Positions 9,229 through 18,480 of a stretch of 64,000 bases of DNA are shown in pieces. The notes below the pieces were generated by a model, which did no database searches, had not been told where the DNA came from, and was given only the letters and a program-made list of their open reading frames with translations. The translations under genes and the position numbers were made by a program. This DNA comes from Thermoplasmatota archaeon (GTDB taxonomy: Archaea; Thermoplasmatota; Thermoplasmata; UBA10834). Location of the stretch: the NCBI GenBank assembly GCA_018814355.1, contig JAHIZT010000037.1, positions 5,989-69,988 of the forward strand, in the 5' to 3' direction. Positions within the stretch are counted from its first letter, which is position 1. Each line of letters starts with the position of its first letter.

Positions 9229-10996
9229 CCGCCTCCTCCGCGATAGCGCGAATCATCGCCTCGACCTGCTCAGGTCTGAAGTTGTTGACAGTGATTGCCT
9301 TGTTGCAGCAAGCGACGGCGCATGCCCCGCAGCCCTCGCACCTGATCTCATCGATCTTTGAAACGAGGATGCCACGTTTTGCGTCTTCGGTGACCTGGAT
9401 GGCCTCGTACTCACAGGCCTTCTCGCACCTTCCACAGCCTCTGCATCTCTCCTCATCCACGAATGCAACGATTCTCGGGAACTTCGTCTTGCCCCTCTTC
9501 ATGAGATCGATTGCGTTCGCGGCAGCCGCCTTCGCGTCTTCGATCGAATACCTAATCCCCTTCGGACCCTGCGCTGTCCCAGCGACATAGATCCCCCTTC
9601 TGAACTCCGACGGGAACATCGGGTTTATGTCCTTCAAGAATCTGTCGATGTCCGTCTGGATGTGCAGCATCTTGGCGAGCTTGTCGCTGCCATCCGCAGG
9701 TTCCTGGCCGACGGACAGCACCACGAGGTCGGAATCGATATTCAGAAGGGTGTCTGAATCGGTGTCAGCAGCCCTGACGAACAGCTTGTTCATGTCCTCA
9801 ACCACCTCAGACACTCGTCCTCTGACGAAGTTGATGCCCTCCTCCTTGGCAGCCTGATAGAACTCCTCGAAGCCTCTGTACGGTCCTCTGAGATCGATAT
9901 AGTGGATGTACACATTCGCATCCGGGTTCAGCTTCTTGATCTCCCTTGCTTGGCCTATGGCATATGTGCAGCAGACAAGTGAGCAGTGGAGATTGCCCTT
10001 GGTCTTGTCTCTGGATCCCACACACTGGATGAAGTTGACGGTCTTGGGGACTTTACCGTCGGATGGCCTTACCAGTCCCTCACCTTTCTCGCGCTGTGCC
10101 ACGAGGATCTGCTCCAGTTCCACTGTCGTGATGACGTTCGGGTTCCCGTAGCGCAGCTCGGGTATGCGTTTCGGGTCGAAGATATTTGAACCAGTCGCGA
10201 CGATTACCGTCCCGACATCGATCTCCTTCAGTCCTGACGGAGTCTTGATCTTCACATGCCTGTTTCCGAATCCTCCGCTCATCTCTTCGATTTCAGAGTT
10301 GAGCATGACCTCTATGTTCCGGGTCTGGAGCACATCCTCGATCTTCGGCGTGAACACACATTCCTTGCAGTACTGGATGCAGCAGATCCCGCAGTTGTGT
10401 GTCGGGAAGGTCATGCTCAGCTTGTAGGTCCTGCCTCCAAGCTCTCCGGTCCTCTCAACCAGATGGACCTTGTACCCTGCGCTGGCGATGTCAAGCGCAG
10501 CCTGCATGCCGGTCACCCCACCGCCGATGACAATGGCGGAGTCCCTGATAGGTATCTCGATGTCCTCGAGAGGAACAAGCTTCTCTACCCTTGCAACGGC
10601 TCCCTTGACAAGGCTCTTTGCCTTGTTGGTGGCAGCCTTTTTGTCGTGATGCACCCAGGCACAGAGCTCGCGTATGTTGACCTGTTCGAACAGGTACTTG
10701 TTCATGCCCATGTCCTCAAGGGACCTGCTCACTATGACTCCCAGAATGTTGGGGGAACATGCACCAACTGCCGCACGCTCGAAGTTCACTTTCTTGAACT
10801 GGTCCTGGAGGAACTTCTGCCCCTCCCGCGAGCAGAGAGCCTCGTGAACGCTGACTGAGACCACTCGAGGGTCCTTCCCAATCCCATCCGCGATCGCCTG
10901 GAGGTCCACGTGCCTTCCAATCTCGTTCCTGCACGAGCACAGGAAGACGGCGATCCCCTTTCGTTCCACAACCTTTTCCTCTGAGCGTTCAGCCAT
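9215..10996 (-). CDS. hdrA: Heterodisulfide reductase subunit A-like flavoprotein (HdrA)
   Basis: FAD-binding GxGxxG (VIGGGVTGMQAALDIASAGYKVHLVER), an N-terminal Cys-rich domain, and a C-terminal 2x[4Fe-4S] ferredoxin (CRGCGRCEKACE...CEGCGACAVAC). Confidence 0.85.
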   Translation of the reverse strand: MAERSEEKVVERKGIAVFLCSCRNEIGRHVDLQAIADGIGKDPRVVSVSVHEALCSREGQKFLQDQFKKVNFERAAVGACSPNILGVIVSRSLEDMGMNKYLFEQVNIRELCAWVHHDKKAATNKAKSLVKGAVARVEKLVPLEDIEIPIRDSAIVIGGGVTGMQAALDIASAGYKVHLVERTGELGGRTYKLSMTFPTHNCGICCIQYCKECVFTPKIEDVLQTRNIEVMLNSEIEEMSGGFGNRHVKIKTPSGLKEIDVGTVIVATGSNIFDPKRIPELRYGNPNVITTVELEQILVAQREKGEGLVRPSDGKVPKTVNFIQCVGSRDKTKGNLHCSLVCCTYAIGQAREIKKLNPDANVYIHYIDLRGPYRGFEEFYQAAKEEGINFVRGRVSEVVEDMNKLFVRAADTDSDTLLNIDSDLVVLSVGQEPADGSDKLAKMLHIQTDIDRFLKDINPMFPSEFRRGIYVAGTAQGPKGIRYSIEDAKAAAANAIDLMKRGKTKFPRIVAFVDEERCRGCGRCEKACEYEAIQVTEDAKRGILVSKIDEIRCEGCGACAVACCNKAITVNNFRPEQVEAMIRAIAEEADVNE

Positions 10997-11465
10997 TGTG
11001 ATCGGTCCCCGTTGATTGATATCGGCGTACCCTAGCAGATCATGATGTTGTCTTCGTAGTTGTCGGGTCAGTCATTCGTTAGGGAATGCACTAGCGACCG
11101 GTCATCAGATTCTTGTCGTATGCTTCGATTCCCCTGAAGTGCTCCCTTCCGGGCGACGCGAGAAATGGGCCAACAGACTCGTTCACCTCTTGCGAGCATA
11201 AACGTCCTCGTCTCCCCCGATGCACTGAGGGATATTGCTGTCACAATATAACACGATTATGATACATGGGTGTGTGGTCGCTGGCGCTAGAGTGCATCGA
11301 GTTTCCGAGTGGAAACCCCTGAGGTGAACATGCTGAGAGACCGCCATCTAGTATCGTGTTGACTAAGTCGATGCGCACCATGCTATGGGTAGTGCTAAGA
11401 CGGCTCGACTGGTCTAAAGGTAATGGCGAACGCTTAATGTACGAAAATGTACGTTTACTTGACTG

Positions 11466-12590
11466 ATGTTCCCAGAGCGCGTCTCTTCTCTGAAAGTGTC
11501 CGGGATTCGGAAGCTGTTCGAAGCAGCACCGCCCGGTTCAATCAACCTGGGCCTTGGAGAGCCGGACATACAACCTCCAAATGAGATGATCAAGGCATTC
11601 TGCGACGCGCTCCATAAAGGATACAACAAGTATGGTCCAAGCGCGGGCATCAAAGAGCTCAGGGAGGCGATTGCAGCTTATCTGAGGCAGTATCGGCGGG
11701 ACGTATCCTATGAGAACATCATCGTGACTGCGGGAGCTACCGAGGGCATGAGGATTGCGTGCGAGACCATCCTCGGCGACGGTGACGAAGCCCTGGTGCC
11801 AAACCCAGGGTTCATCATCTACGGTCCGGATGTCCGTCTCGCTGGGGCTAAGCCGGTCGAGTACTCACTCCTACAGCGGAACGGGTATCTGCCGGACATA
11901 GAAGAGATCAAGTCGCTGATCACGCCGCGCACGAAGGCGATCATCGTCAACAGCCCGTCCAACCCGCTGGGGACGGTCTTTCCGAAAGAGACAGTGAAGG
12001 CGCTTAGCGAGTTGGCAAAGGACAACAAGTTGTACATCCTCTCAGACGAGGTCTACGACAACTACGTCTACGAAGGCGAGCATCTATCGTTTGCTCGTTT
12101 CCACAACGATACAATAATCGTTCAATCATTCTCCAAGTCCTTAGCAGCAACAGGATGGAGGATCGGATATGTCGCCACCTCCAAGGAGATCGTGCAGCAG
12201 CTCTCCAAGGTCCAGTACTACACACTCGCGTGTCCCCCGACGGCCACGCAGTACGGTGTCCTCGAGGGTCTGAAGATCCTCGACAGGTTCCAGGAGACCG
12301 TGCTCCAAGAGTTCAGGATGAGGCGGGAGATCGCCATGGAGAAGTTATCGGAGATCCCGAGTTTCACGACCGCGCCCGTGAACGGCGCGTTCTATGTCTT
12401 CCCCAGGTTCTCCCAGAAGATCAGCTCGGAGAAGTTCGCGTTGAAGATACTCGATAGGGGCGTCATATGCGCCCCGGGTTCGTCTTTTGGCTCCCACGGC
12501 GAGGGACACATGCGGTTCTCCTACGCGAATTCTCGAGACAACATCGCAAAAGGACTGGAAGTCGTGAAGGATGTCGCAGCCCAGCTGTGA
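11466..12590 (+). CDS. Class I/II pyridoxal-phosphate aminotransferase (aspartate aminotransferase family)
   Basis: NSPSNPLGTVF, the PLP-lysine region SFSKSLAATGWRIGY, and a C-terminal fold-type-I pattern. Confidence 0.85.
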   Translation: MFPERVSSLKVSGIRKLFEAAPPGSINLGLGEPDIQPPNEMIKAFCDALHKGYNKYGPSAGIKELREAIAAYLRQYRRDVSYENIIVTAGATEGMRIACETILGDGDEALVPNPGFIIYGPDVRLAGAKPVEYSLLQRNGYLPDIEEIKSLITPRTKAIIVNSPSNPLGTVFPKETVKALSELAKDNKLYILSDEVYDNYVYEGEHLSFARFHNDTIIVQSFSKSLAATGWRIGYVATSKEIVQQLSKVQYYTLACPPTATQYGVLEGLKILDRFQETVLQEFRMRREIAMEKLSEIPSFTTAPVNGAFYVFPRFSQKISSEKFALKILDRGVICAPGSSFGSHGEGHMRFSYANSRDNIAKGLEVVKDVAAQL

Positions 12591-12638
12591 TTCGTCCTGA
12601 CCAGCAGATTCATATTGCGTGCTATATGATAAGGGACT

Positions 12639-14222
12639 ATGCCCGATGAGGGCTCTCGGGGAGCTTCCGGAAACCACAAGCTCATGAGCCCGAAGGCCGC
12701 GATTTCTGTTGTAAACAGCGTGGTCGGAGCGATACTGAGCACGGCCGCTCTGGTGTTCATTGCGAAGAACATGGGGCCGTCGGTCCTGGGCGTACTCGGA
12801 TACGCGATGGCCACCGTCGGCATCCTGAGCTTCCTCTCAGACTTCGGAGTGGGCTCGGTCCACAAAAACCACATCAGGAGCGGGGAGGACCCTGCGAAGT
12901 GCGTCGGGGCTTATGCTGCCATCAAGCTGATCCTAGTCGCGATCTTCGCCGCAGTGGCGTTTGCTCTGATCGTGCTCTGGCGGAACGGCATGCTCGGGGG
13001 AGCTATGCCAGAGAGCTACTTCTTGATCGACTCTCTGCAAGTATTCCTCGTCTACTACGTATTGCTGGGGATAAGCCAGATCGCAACTCACACCTTCGAC
13101 GCGCAGGGGGCCGCGGCAAAGGCCCAGATCCCGACTCTGCTCGAGCTGGTCGTCAGGGTCTCGTTCATCATCTATGTGGCGACCTCATCCTTCGGGGACT
13201 CCCCAGAGGGCCCGGCGCTGCTCGCGGCGTCGTATGCAGCCGGCATCATAGCCGCAACTCTTCTGGTGGCCATCCTCATGAGCCAGGTCAAGATATCAAG
13301 ACCTGACCGCGGAATCCTGATGAAGTACATCAATTCCCTGACTCCAGTCTTTGTCGTGTCCATGATTATCATTCTCGACCTGTATCTCGACAAGGCCCTA
13401 GTGGGTTACTTCTGGGGCGAGACCGAGGTCGGTCTCTACTTTGGAGTTCAGAGAATGGCCATCTTCGTGGGCGTGTTCTCCCTTTCGGTCGCGACGCTCA
13501 TCCTTCCGTCCGTTACAACATACTTCACGAGGAAGGACATCGCTGCGAGCTGGGATGTTGTGAACCAGGCTGAGAGGTATGTATCGCTGGTCGTCGTGCC
13601 AACTGCCGCCTTCTACCTCACATTCGGCTCTGACATCCTCACTGTCTTCCTGACACCCGAGTTCGCCAACAGCGTGAGCACGATGGACGTGCTTGTGATA
13701 GGAAGCGCCATCGTCGCCCTGGCGCTCCCCCTGAGGTCTGCCATAGCTGGTGTTGGAAGGCACAGGACTTTGTTCTATGTGGGTCTCGGAGGGATACTGC
13801 TCCAGCTCGGGACGATGCTTGTTCTTGTGCCCGATCAACTGCTTGGGATCAAGATGCTGGGCCTCAAGGGTTTTGGTGCCGCCTCTGCACTCCTCGTATC
13901 GTCCATATACTACTTCTTCATCCTCAGATACATGGCGTGGAGGACTGCCAAGATTGTCCCCAACTCACGTTCGTTCAGACACGTTGTAAGCGCGATCTTC
14001 ATGGTCGGCGTAATCTACTCCATCGATTGGCTCCTCATTCCAACGGTCGATTGGCTGGCACTGATCACACTGGCAATCATAGGAGCCGTGACCTACGGAA
14101 TCGCTGCATACATGATCGGAGAGCTGGAGTCTTCCGATTACAGATACTTCAGGTCCCTGTTGAATCCCCAGGACACATTCCAGTACGTCGTGAACGAGCT
14201 GCTCGGTAAGCGCGGCCATTGA
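12639..14222 (+). CDS. Polysaccharide/oligosaccharide flippase (Wzx/MOP superfamily); real start possibly at 12684 (MSPKAAI...)
   Basis: About 510-527 aa with 12-14 predicted TM helices and the PST (polysaccharide biosynthesis protein) family pattern. Confidence 0.75.
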   Translation: MPDEGSRGASGNHKLMSPKAAISVVNSVVGAILSTAALVFIAKNMGPSVLGVLGYAMATVGILSFLSDFGVGSVHKNHIRSGEDPAKCVGAYAAIKLILVAIFAAVAFALIVLWRNGMLGGAMPESYFLIDSLQVFLVYYVLLGISQIATHTFDAQGAAAKAQIPTLLELVVRVSFIIYVATSSFGDSPEGPALLAASYAAGIIAATLLVAILMSQVKISRPDRGILMKYINSLTPVFVVSMIIILDLYLDKALVGYFWGETEVGLYFGVQRMAIFVGVFSLSVATLILPSVTTYFTRKDIAASWDVVNQAERYVSLVVVPTAAFYLTFGSDILTVFLTPEFANSVSTMDVLVIGSAIVALALPLRSAIAGVGRHRTLFYVGLGGILLQLGTMLVLVPDQLLGIKMLGLKGFGAASALLVSSIYYFFILRYMAWRTAKIVPNSRSFRHVVSAIFMVGVIYSIDWLLIPTVDWLALITLAIIGAVTYGIAAYMIGELESSDYRYFRSLLNPQDTFQYVVNELLGKRGH

Positions 14223-14269
14223 GTTGGCTCGATTTGGTTATAAGCCCAAAGGCGGATTACAGAGTTATC

Positions 14270-15532
14270 ATGACAGGCGACCTTCTGATACTCCACGCTT
14301 CAGAGCTTGTCACGCTGAAGGGGCCCAGGCGAGCGCGCGCCAAGGCGGAGATGTCCGACCTCGCAATCATCAGGGACGGCGCTGTGGTCATCTCGGGCGG
14401 GGTGATCCTGGACGTTGGGAGGACGGAATCGATCCGGAAGGAACACGAAGCTACGGGCATCGAGACGGTCGACGCCTCAGGCAAGGTCGTCATGCCTGGT
14501 TTTGTTGACCCGCACACACATCTCGTCTATGCAGGTTCGAGGGAGTTCGAGATCGAGTTGAAGGCCAAGGGAAAGAGCTACCTCGATATACTTCAGGAGG
14601 GAGGGGGCATACTGAGGACTGTGAAGGACACGCGAGCCGCCTCGCCAGAGGATCTCTTCCACGAATCCTCGCGCCGGCTGGAATCCATGATCTCTCACGG
14701 GTCCACCACGGTCGAGGCAAAGTCCGGATACGGCTTGGACAAGCAGGTCGAGCTGAGGATGCTTGAGACTATCAGGAAGCTGGGGAACGATTATCCTGTG
14801 ACCCTGATCCCGACCTATCTAGGCGCTCACGCGGTTCCTCCCGAGCTCAAAGAAAACCCCGATCAGTATGTCGATTTCATGGTGAGCGAGGTCATCCCTG
14901 AGGTGGCCAAGCACAGGTTGGCCGAGTTCTGCGATGTGTTCTGCGAGAAGGGAGTCTTCGACGTCGAACAATCTAGAAAGGTGCTCATGGCCGCGAAGAC
15001 GTTTGGAATGAAGCTCAAGGTCCACGCAGACGAGATTCATTCATCCGGAGGGGCCGAGCTCGCAGCTGAGGTGGGGGCGCTGTCGGCAGACCATCTTGCG
15101 AAGCCGACGGATGACGGGATAATGGCGATGGCCAGGAAGGACGTGGTCGGCGTCCTGCTTCCCGGAACCCCGTACTCATCGATGTCCAGAGAGTATGCCG
15201 ATGGACGTCGGCTGATAGACCTAGGGGTCCCGGTCGCCCTCGGGAGCGACCTTAACCCGAACTGCTGGAACGTTTCCATGCAGTTCACGATAAGCCTCGC
15301 ATGCCACAAGATGCGTATGACCCCGGCCGAGGCGATAACCGCAGGGACTATGAATGCAGCAGCCGCCCTCGGCCTGGAGAAGAAGATCGGCTCGATCGAA
15401 CGCGGGAAGCACGCTGACTTGATCGTCCTGGACGTGCCCTCACACGGGCACCTGCCCTATCAGTTCGGAACGAACCTCTGCTCCCTCGTCCTCAAGGACG
15501 GCAAGACGGTCTGGGAGAAGCAGCCCTTCTGA
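14270..15532 (+). CDS. hutI: Imidazolonepropionase-like amidohydrolase (HutI family)
   Basis: GFVDPHTHLVYAGSREFE...ILQEGGGILRTVKDTRAAS...EAKSGYGLD...HADEI...GSDLNPN, collinear with imidazolonepropionase. The longer ORF from 14219 overlaps the flippase stop. Confidence 0.8.
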   Translation: MTGDLLILHASELVTLKGPRRARAKAEMSDLAIIRDGAVVISGGVILDVGRTESIRKEHEATGIETVDASGKVVMPGFVDPHTHLVYAGSREFEIELKAKGKSYLDILQEGGGILRTVKDTRAASPEDLFHESSRRLESMISHGSTTVEAKSGYGLDKQVELRMLETIRKLGNDYPVTLIPTYLGAHAVPPELKENPDQYVDFMVSEVIPEVAKHRLAEFCDVFCEKGVFDVEQSRKVLMAAKTFGMKLKVHADEIHSSGGAELAAEVGALSADHLAKPTDDGIMAMARKDVVGVLLPGTPYSSMSREYADGRRLIDLGVPVALGSDLNPNCWNVSMQFTISLACHKMRMTPAEAITAGTMNAAAALGLEKKIGSIERGKHADLIVLDVPSHGHLPYQFGTNLCSLVLKDGKTVWEKQPF

Positions 15533-15717
15533 ACCTTTGGCAGAACGATACCCTGCGCGTCAGCGCCTATGCCAGCCCGCGTCTGGCGGATTCTTGTGAC
15601 CTTCTGGCGGACCGAACCTCGGCCTTCATCTGGGTTACATATATATGCGCGGATTCGCATGGTCGCGCGAGCGTTTGACGGCCTTCAACAAGGCCTGGAC
15701 TACGGGCATCGTGGCGC

Positions 15718-16776
15718 GTGATTGTTATGGTCTCGGTTTGCATGTTGACGGAGCTCGAGAGGTACCGGGCCATCATCCCGTTCAAGAACCCTGGCGGCAT
15801 GGGGACCAATGTGCCGATGGTCGCGCGAGAGCTGGAGAAGGTGGGCGTTCGCGTGCTGCTCAACCAGCCGAAGGGCGAGTACGATGTCCTGCATGTCCAC
15901 AGCCCTTTGCCTGATTCGTTTCTGTGGGCTTTGCGGCGTAGGAAGGAGGGCAAGCCTCTTGTCGTCCATGGGCGGCATCTCCCAGAACTCGTTAAGGGCG
16001 GCTTCAAGGGTGGTTCGTGGATCTATCCGTTCGTTCGCTCCTACTCGGTGAAGTTCTACAACCTTGGCGACGTCGTGGTTGGGGCGACGCCATACGTCGC
16101 GAAGTCCCTGGCTAGGGACGGAGTGCGGGGTCCGTTCAGGGTCATCCCCAACGGGGTCAGCAAGGAAGTGTTCAAGAGGAACGAAACGCTCCGCATTAAG
16201 TTCAGGGAACGCTGGGGCCTCTCAGAATCCGACAAGCTGGTGCTCAGCGTCGGCCTCCGCATCCCGAGGAAAGGCGTCGACACCTTCGTGAACATGTCCT
16301 CCAAGTTCAAGGACAGGAAGGATGTGAAGTTCGTCTGGGTGGGGGCCTCCGAGGCTCTGCTCAAGGACGCACTTGACCGGACGTCACCGGGCAATGTGAT
16401 GTTCCCGGGCCATGTGCCGTTCGAGGAGATAGTGGGTGTGTACTCTGCCGCGGACGTATTCGTGTTCCCGACGAGAGCAGAGAGCTATGGAAACGTCATG
16501 CTCGAGGCTGCGAGCTGCGGTTGCCCGCTGCTCATCAGGGATATACCGGTCTACGAGGAATGGGTCCGTGACGGCCAGCACTGCCTGAAGGCTAAGGACG
16601 ACGAGGATTTCTCCAAGAAGCTCGGTGCCATCATCGACGATGCCGGTCTCCGCAGGAGGCTGGTCGATGGGGCTGGTCAGCTGGCCAGTGAGCACGACAT
16701 CAGGAAGACGGCATTGATGCTGAAGGAGCTCTACGAGTCGCTGTCGGCGGGAGGTGGAGCTGCACGTTCGACCTGA
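15718..16776 (+). CDS. Glycosyltransferase family 4 (GT-B, group 1)
   Basis: C-terminal GT4 motif region (...FVFPTRAESYGNVMLEAASCGCPLLIRD...) and an EX7E-like pattern. The start codon is uncertain. Confidence 0.8.
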   Translation: MIVMVSVCMLTELERYRAIIPFKNPGGMGTNVPMVARELEKVGVRVLLNQPKGEYDVLHVHSPLPDSFLWALRRRKEGKPLVVHGRHLPELVKGGFKGGSWIYPFVRSYSVKFYNLGDVVVGATPYVAKSLARDGVRGPFRVIPNGVSKEVFKRNETLRIKFRERWGLSESDKLVLSVGLRIPRKGVDTFVNMSSKFKDRKDVKFVWVGASEALLKDALDRTSPGNVMFPGHVPFEEIVGVYSAADVFVFPTRAESYGNVMLEAASCGCPLLIRDIPVYEEWVRDGQHCLKAKDDEDFSKKLGAIIDDAGLRRRLVDGAGQLASEHDIRKTALMLKELYESLSAGGGAARST

Positions 16777-17375
16777 TGACGGTGGGAAGAGACATCATCG
16801 ACCTGTTCTCCGACCTGGGCGATGCCGGAATGCTACTTGCCATGATAGTGATCATCTGGATCGATGGCACCGCGTTCCCCACATTGCCCGAGGTCTGGAT
16901 GGTGTTCATCTTCGGCGCGCACCCCGATTCCTTCATGTGGGGGTTCAGTCTCGTCCTGGTCGCGACCGTTGCCAGCCTCGCCGGCAACTTCACGCTGTAC
17001 TCGCTCGTGAAGGTGGCGAGACTTCCCGGTTGGATCCAGAAGGGCATGAGGAAGTACACGGACTTCCTGATACTGAAGGACGAGAGGCTGTTGATTCTAA
17101 ACAGATTCGCCCCGCTCGTCCCTTACACGGGAGCGTTCATAGCGGTGTGCAACTGGAACGTGAAGAAGTCCGCCATCTATCTCTTCGTGAGCGCATTGGC
17201 GAAGTTCTCGGCCTACACTATCATCTTCTGGCTGAGCTACGGCAACCTCAAGGACGAGGTCGCCCCCTGGGTATCCCTCGGGATAGTGGTGACCGTGATC
17301 ACGGCCAGCCTAATAGCATCGGTCATCTACAAGAGGCGAGGCAAGACAAGGGGTGAGCCAGCACGATCTCCGTAG
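16776..17375 (+). CDS. DedA/VTT (SNARE-associated) family membrane protein
   Basis: 199 aa, 4-5 TM, with a DedA-like core (LNRFAPLVPYTGAFIAVCNW). Its stop overlaps the GTG start of the next gene by 1 nt. Confidence 0.6.
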   Translation: MTVGRDIIDLFSDLGDAGMLLAMIVIIWIDGTAFPTLPEVWMVFIFGAHPDSFMWGFSLVLVATVASLAGNFTLYSLVKVARLPGWIQKGMRKYTDFLILKDERLLILNRFAPLVPYTGAFIAVCNWNVKKSAIYLFVSALAKFSAYTIIFWLSYGNLKDEVAPWVSLGIVVTVITASLIASVIYKRRGKTRGEPARSP

Positions 17376-18478
17376 TGGTCCCGACCTACAATGAGAAGGA
17401 CAATCTCGATGACCTCGTCCGGAGGATCACCGATGCCTGCTCAGGCGCTGGCATCGACCCCGAGATCGTCATCGTTGATGACAACAGCCCAGATGGGACT
17501 GGGAACCGCGCTGAGGAATTGGCTAAGACCCACAGAATGAAGGTCATCCACAGGACTGGGAAGATGGGCCTTTCCTCCGCAGTCATAGAAGGGTTCAGGG
17601 TCTCGTCTGGTTCCATCTTCGTCGTAATGGACGCTGACCTGAGCCATCCGCCGGAGAAGATACCGGATATGGTCAAGATGATACAGTCTGGAGAGGCGGA
17701 GGTCGTGGTGGGCAGCCGGTACGTCGAAGGTGGCAGTGTCGAGAACTGGCCATTCTATCGGAAGGCCATCTCCAAAGGCGCCACGTTTATTGCCAGAGGA
17801 CTCACCAAGGTAAAGGACCCGATGTCCGGCTTCTTCGCTTTGAAAAAGGAGGTCCTAGGCGGCGTGGAGCTAAACCCTGTGGGCTACAAGATCGGTCTCG
17901 AGATACTGGTCAAGGGCAAGTACTCCAAGGTCGTCGAGGTGCCGATACGCTTCGCGGACAGGAAAGCGGGGAGTAGCAAGCTCGGAGGCCAGGAGATGCT
18001 GAGGTACGTCGACCATGTCTCGATGCTCTACGAGCATCGCAGGTTCTGGCTCGGGAAGTATCTCAAGTTCGCCTTCATCGGCGGCATAGGCGCCATCATA
18101 AACCTGGCGGTATTCTGGACGGCCCATGAGATATTCTTCTTAGTCCCGTTCTGGGCCATCGCGATAGCATTCGTCGTCGCGGACACCAACAACTACATCT
18201 GGAACAGGCTCTGGACCTTCAAATCGAAGAGTCAGATCAAGTTCCAGTATCCTCAGTTCCTCATCGTGAGCTTCATCGGCCTTGCCCTCAACGAGCTGCT
18301 CTTCGATGTGATCGTATACGACCTCTTCCCGGAACTGAACATCACCACGGACAAGGCCAGCGCACTTCTGGTGGTCGTGCAGGCGCTCTGCATCTTCGTT
18401 GTCAGCATATTCAATTTCCTGGCGAATTCGGCGTGGACCTTCAGGCACGACATAAGGCGCAGCAAGAAGCTACAGTAG
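17375..18478 (+). CDS. Dolichyl-phosphate mannose synthase-like GT2 with C-terminal GtrA-like membrane domain
   Basis: VPTYNEKDNL...IVIVDDNSPDGT...VVMDADLSHPPE (the Dpm1 DAD motif) plus a C-terminal 4-TM GtrA-like region. The start is GTG, the first in-frame start after an upstream stop. Confidence 0.8.
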   Translation: MVPTYNEKDNLDDLVRRITDACSGAGIDPEIVIVDDNSPDGTGNRAEELAKTHRMKVIHRTGKMGLSSAVIEGFRVSSGSIFVVMDADLSHPPEKIPDMVKMIQSGEAEVVVGSRYVEGGSVENWPFYRKAISKGATFIARGLTKVKDPMSGFFALKKEVLGGVELNPVGYKIGLEILVKGKYSKVVEVPIRFADRKAGSSKLGGQEMLRYVDHVSMLYEHRRFWLGKYLKFAFIGGIGAIINLAVFWTAHEIFFLVPFWAIAIAFVVADTNNYIWNRLWTFKSKSQIKFQYPQFLIVSFIGLALNELLFDVIVYDLFPELNITTDKASALLVVVQALCIFVVSIFNFLANSAWTFRHDIRRSKKLQ

Positions 18479-18480
18479 CT

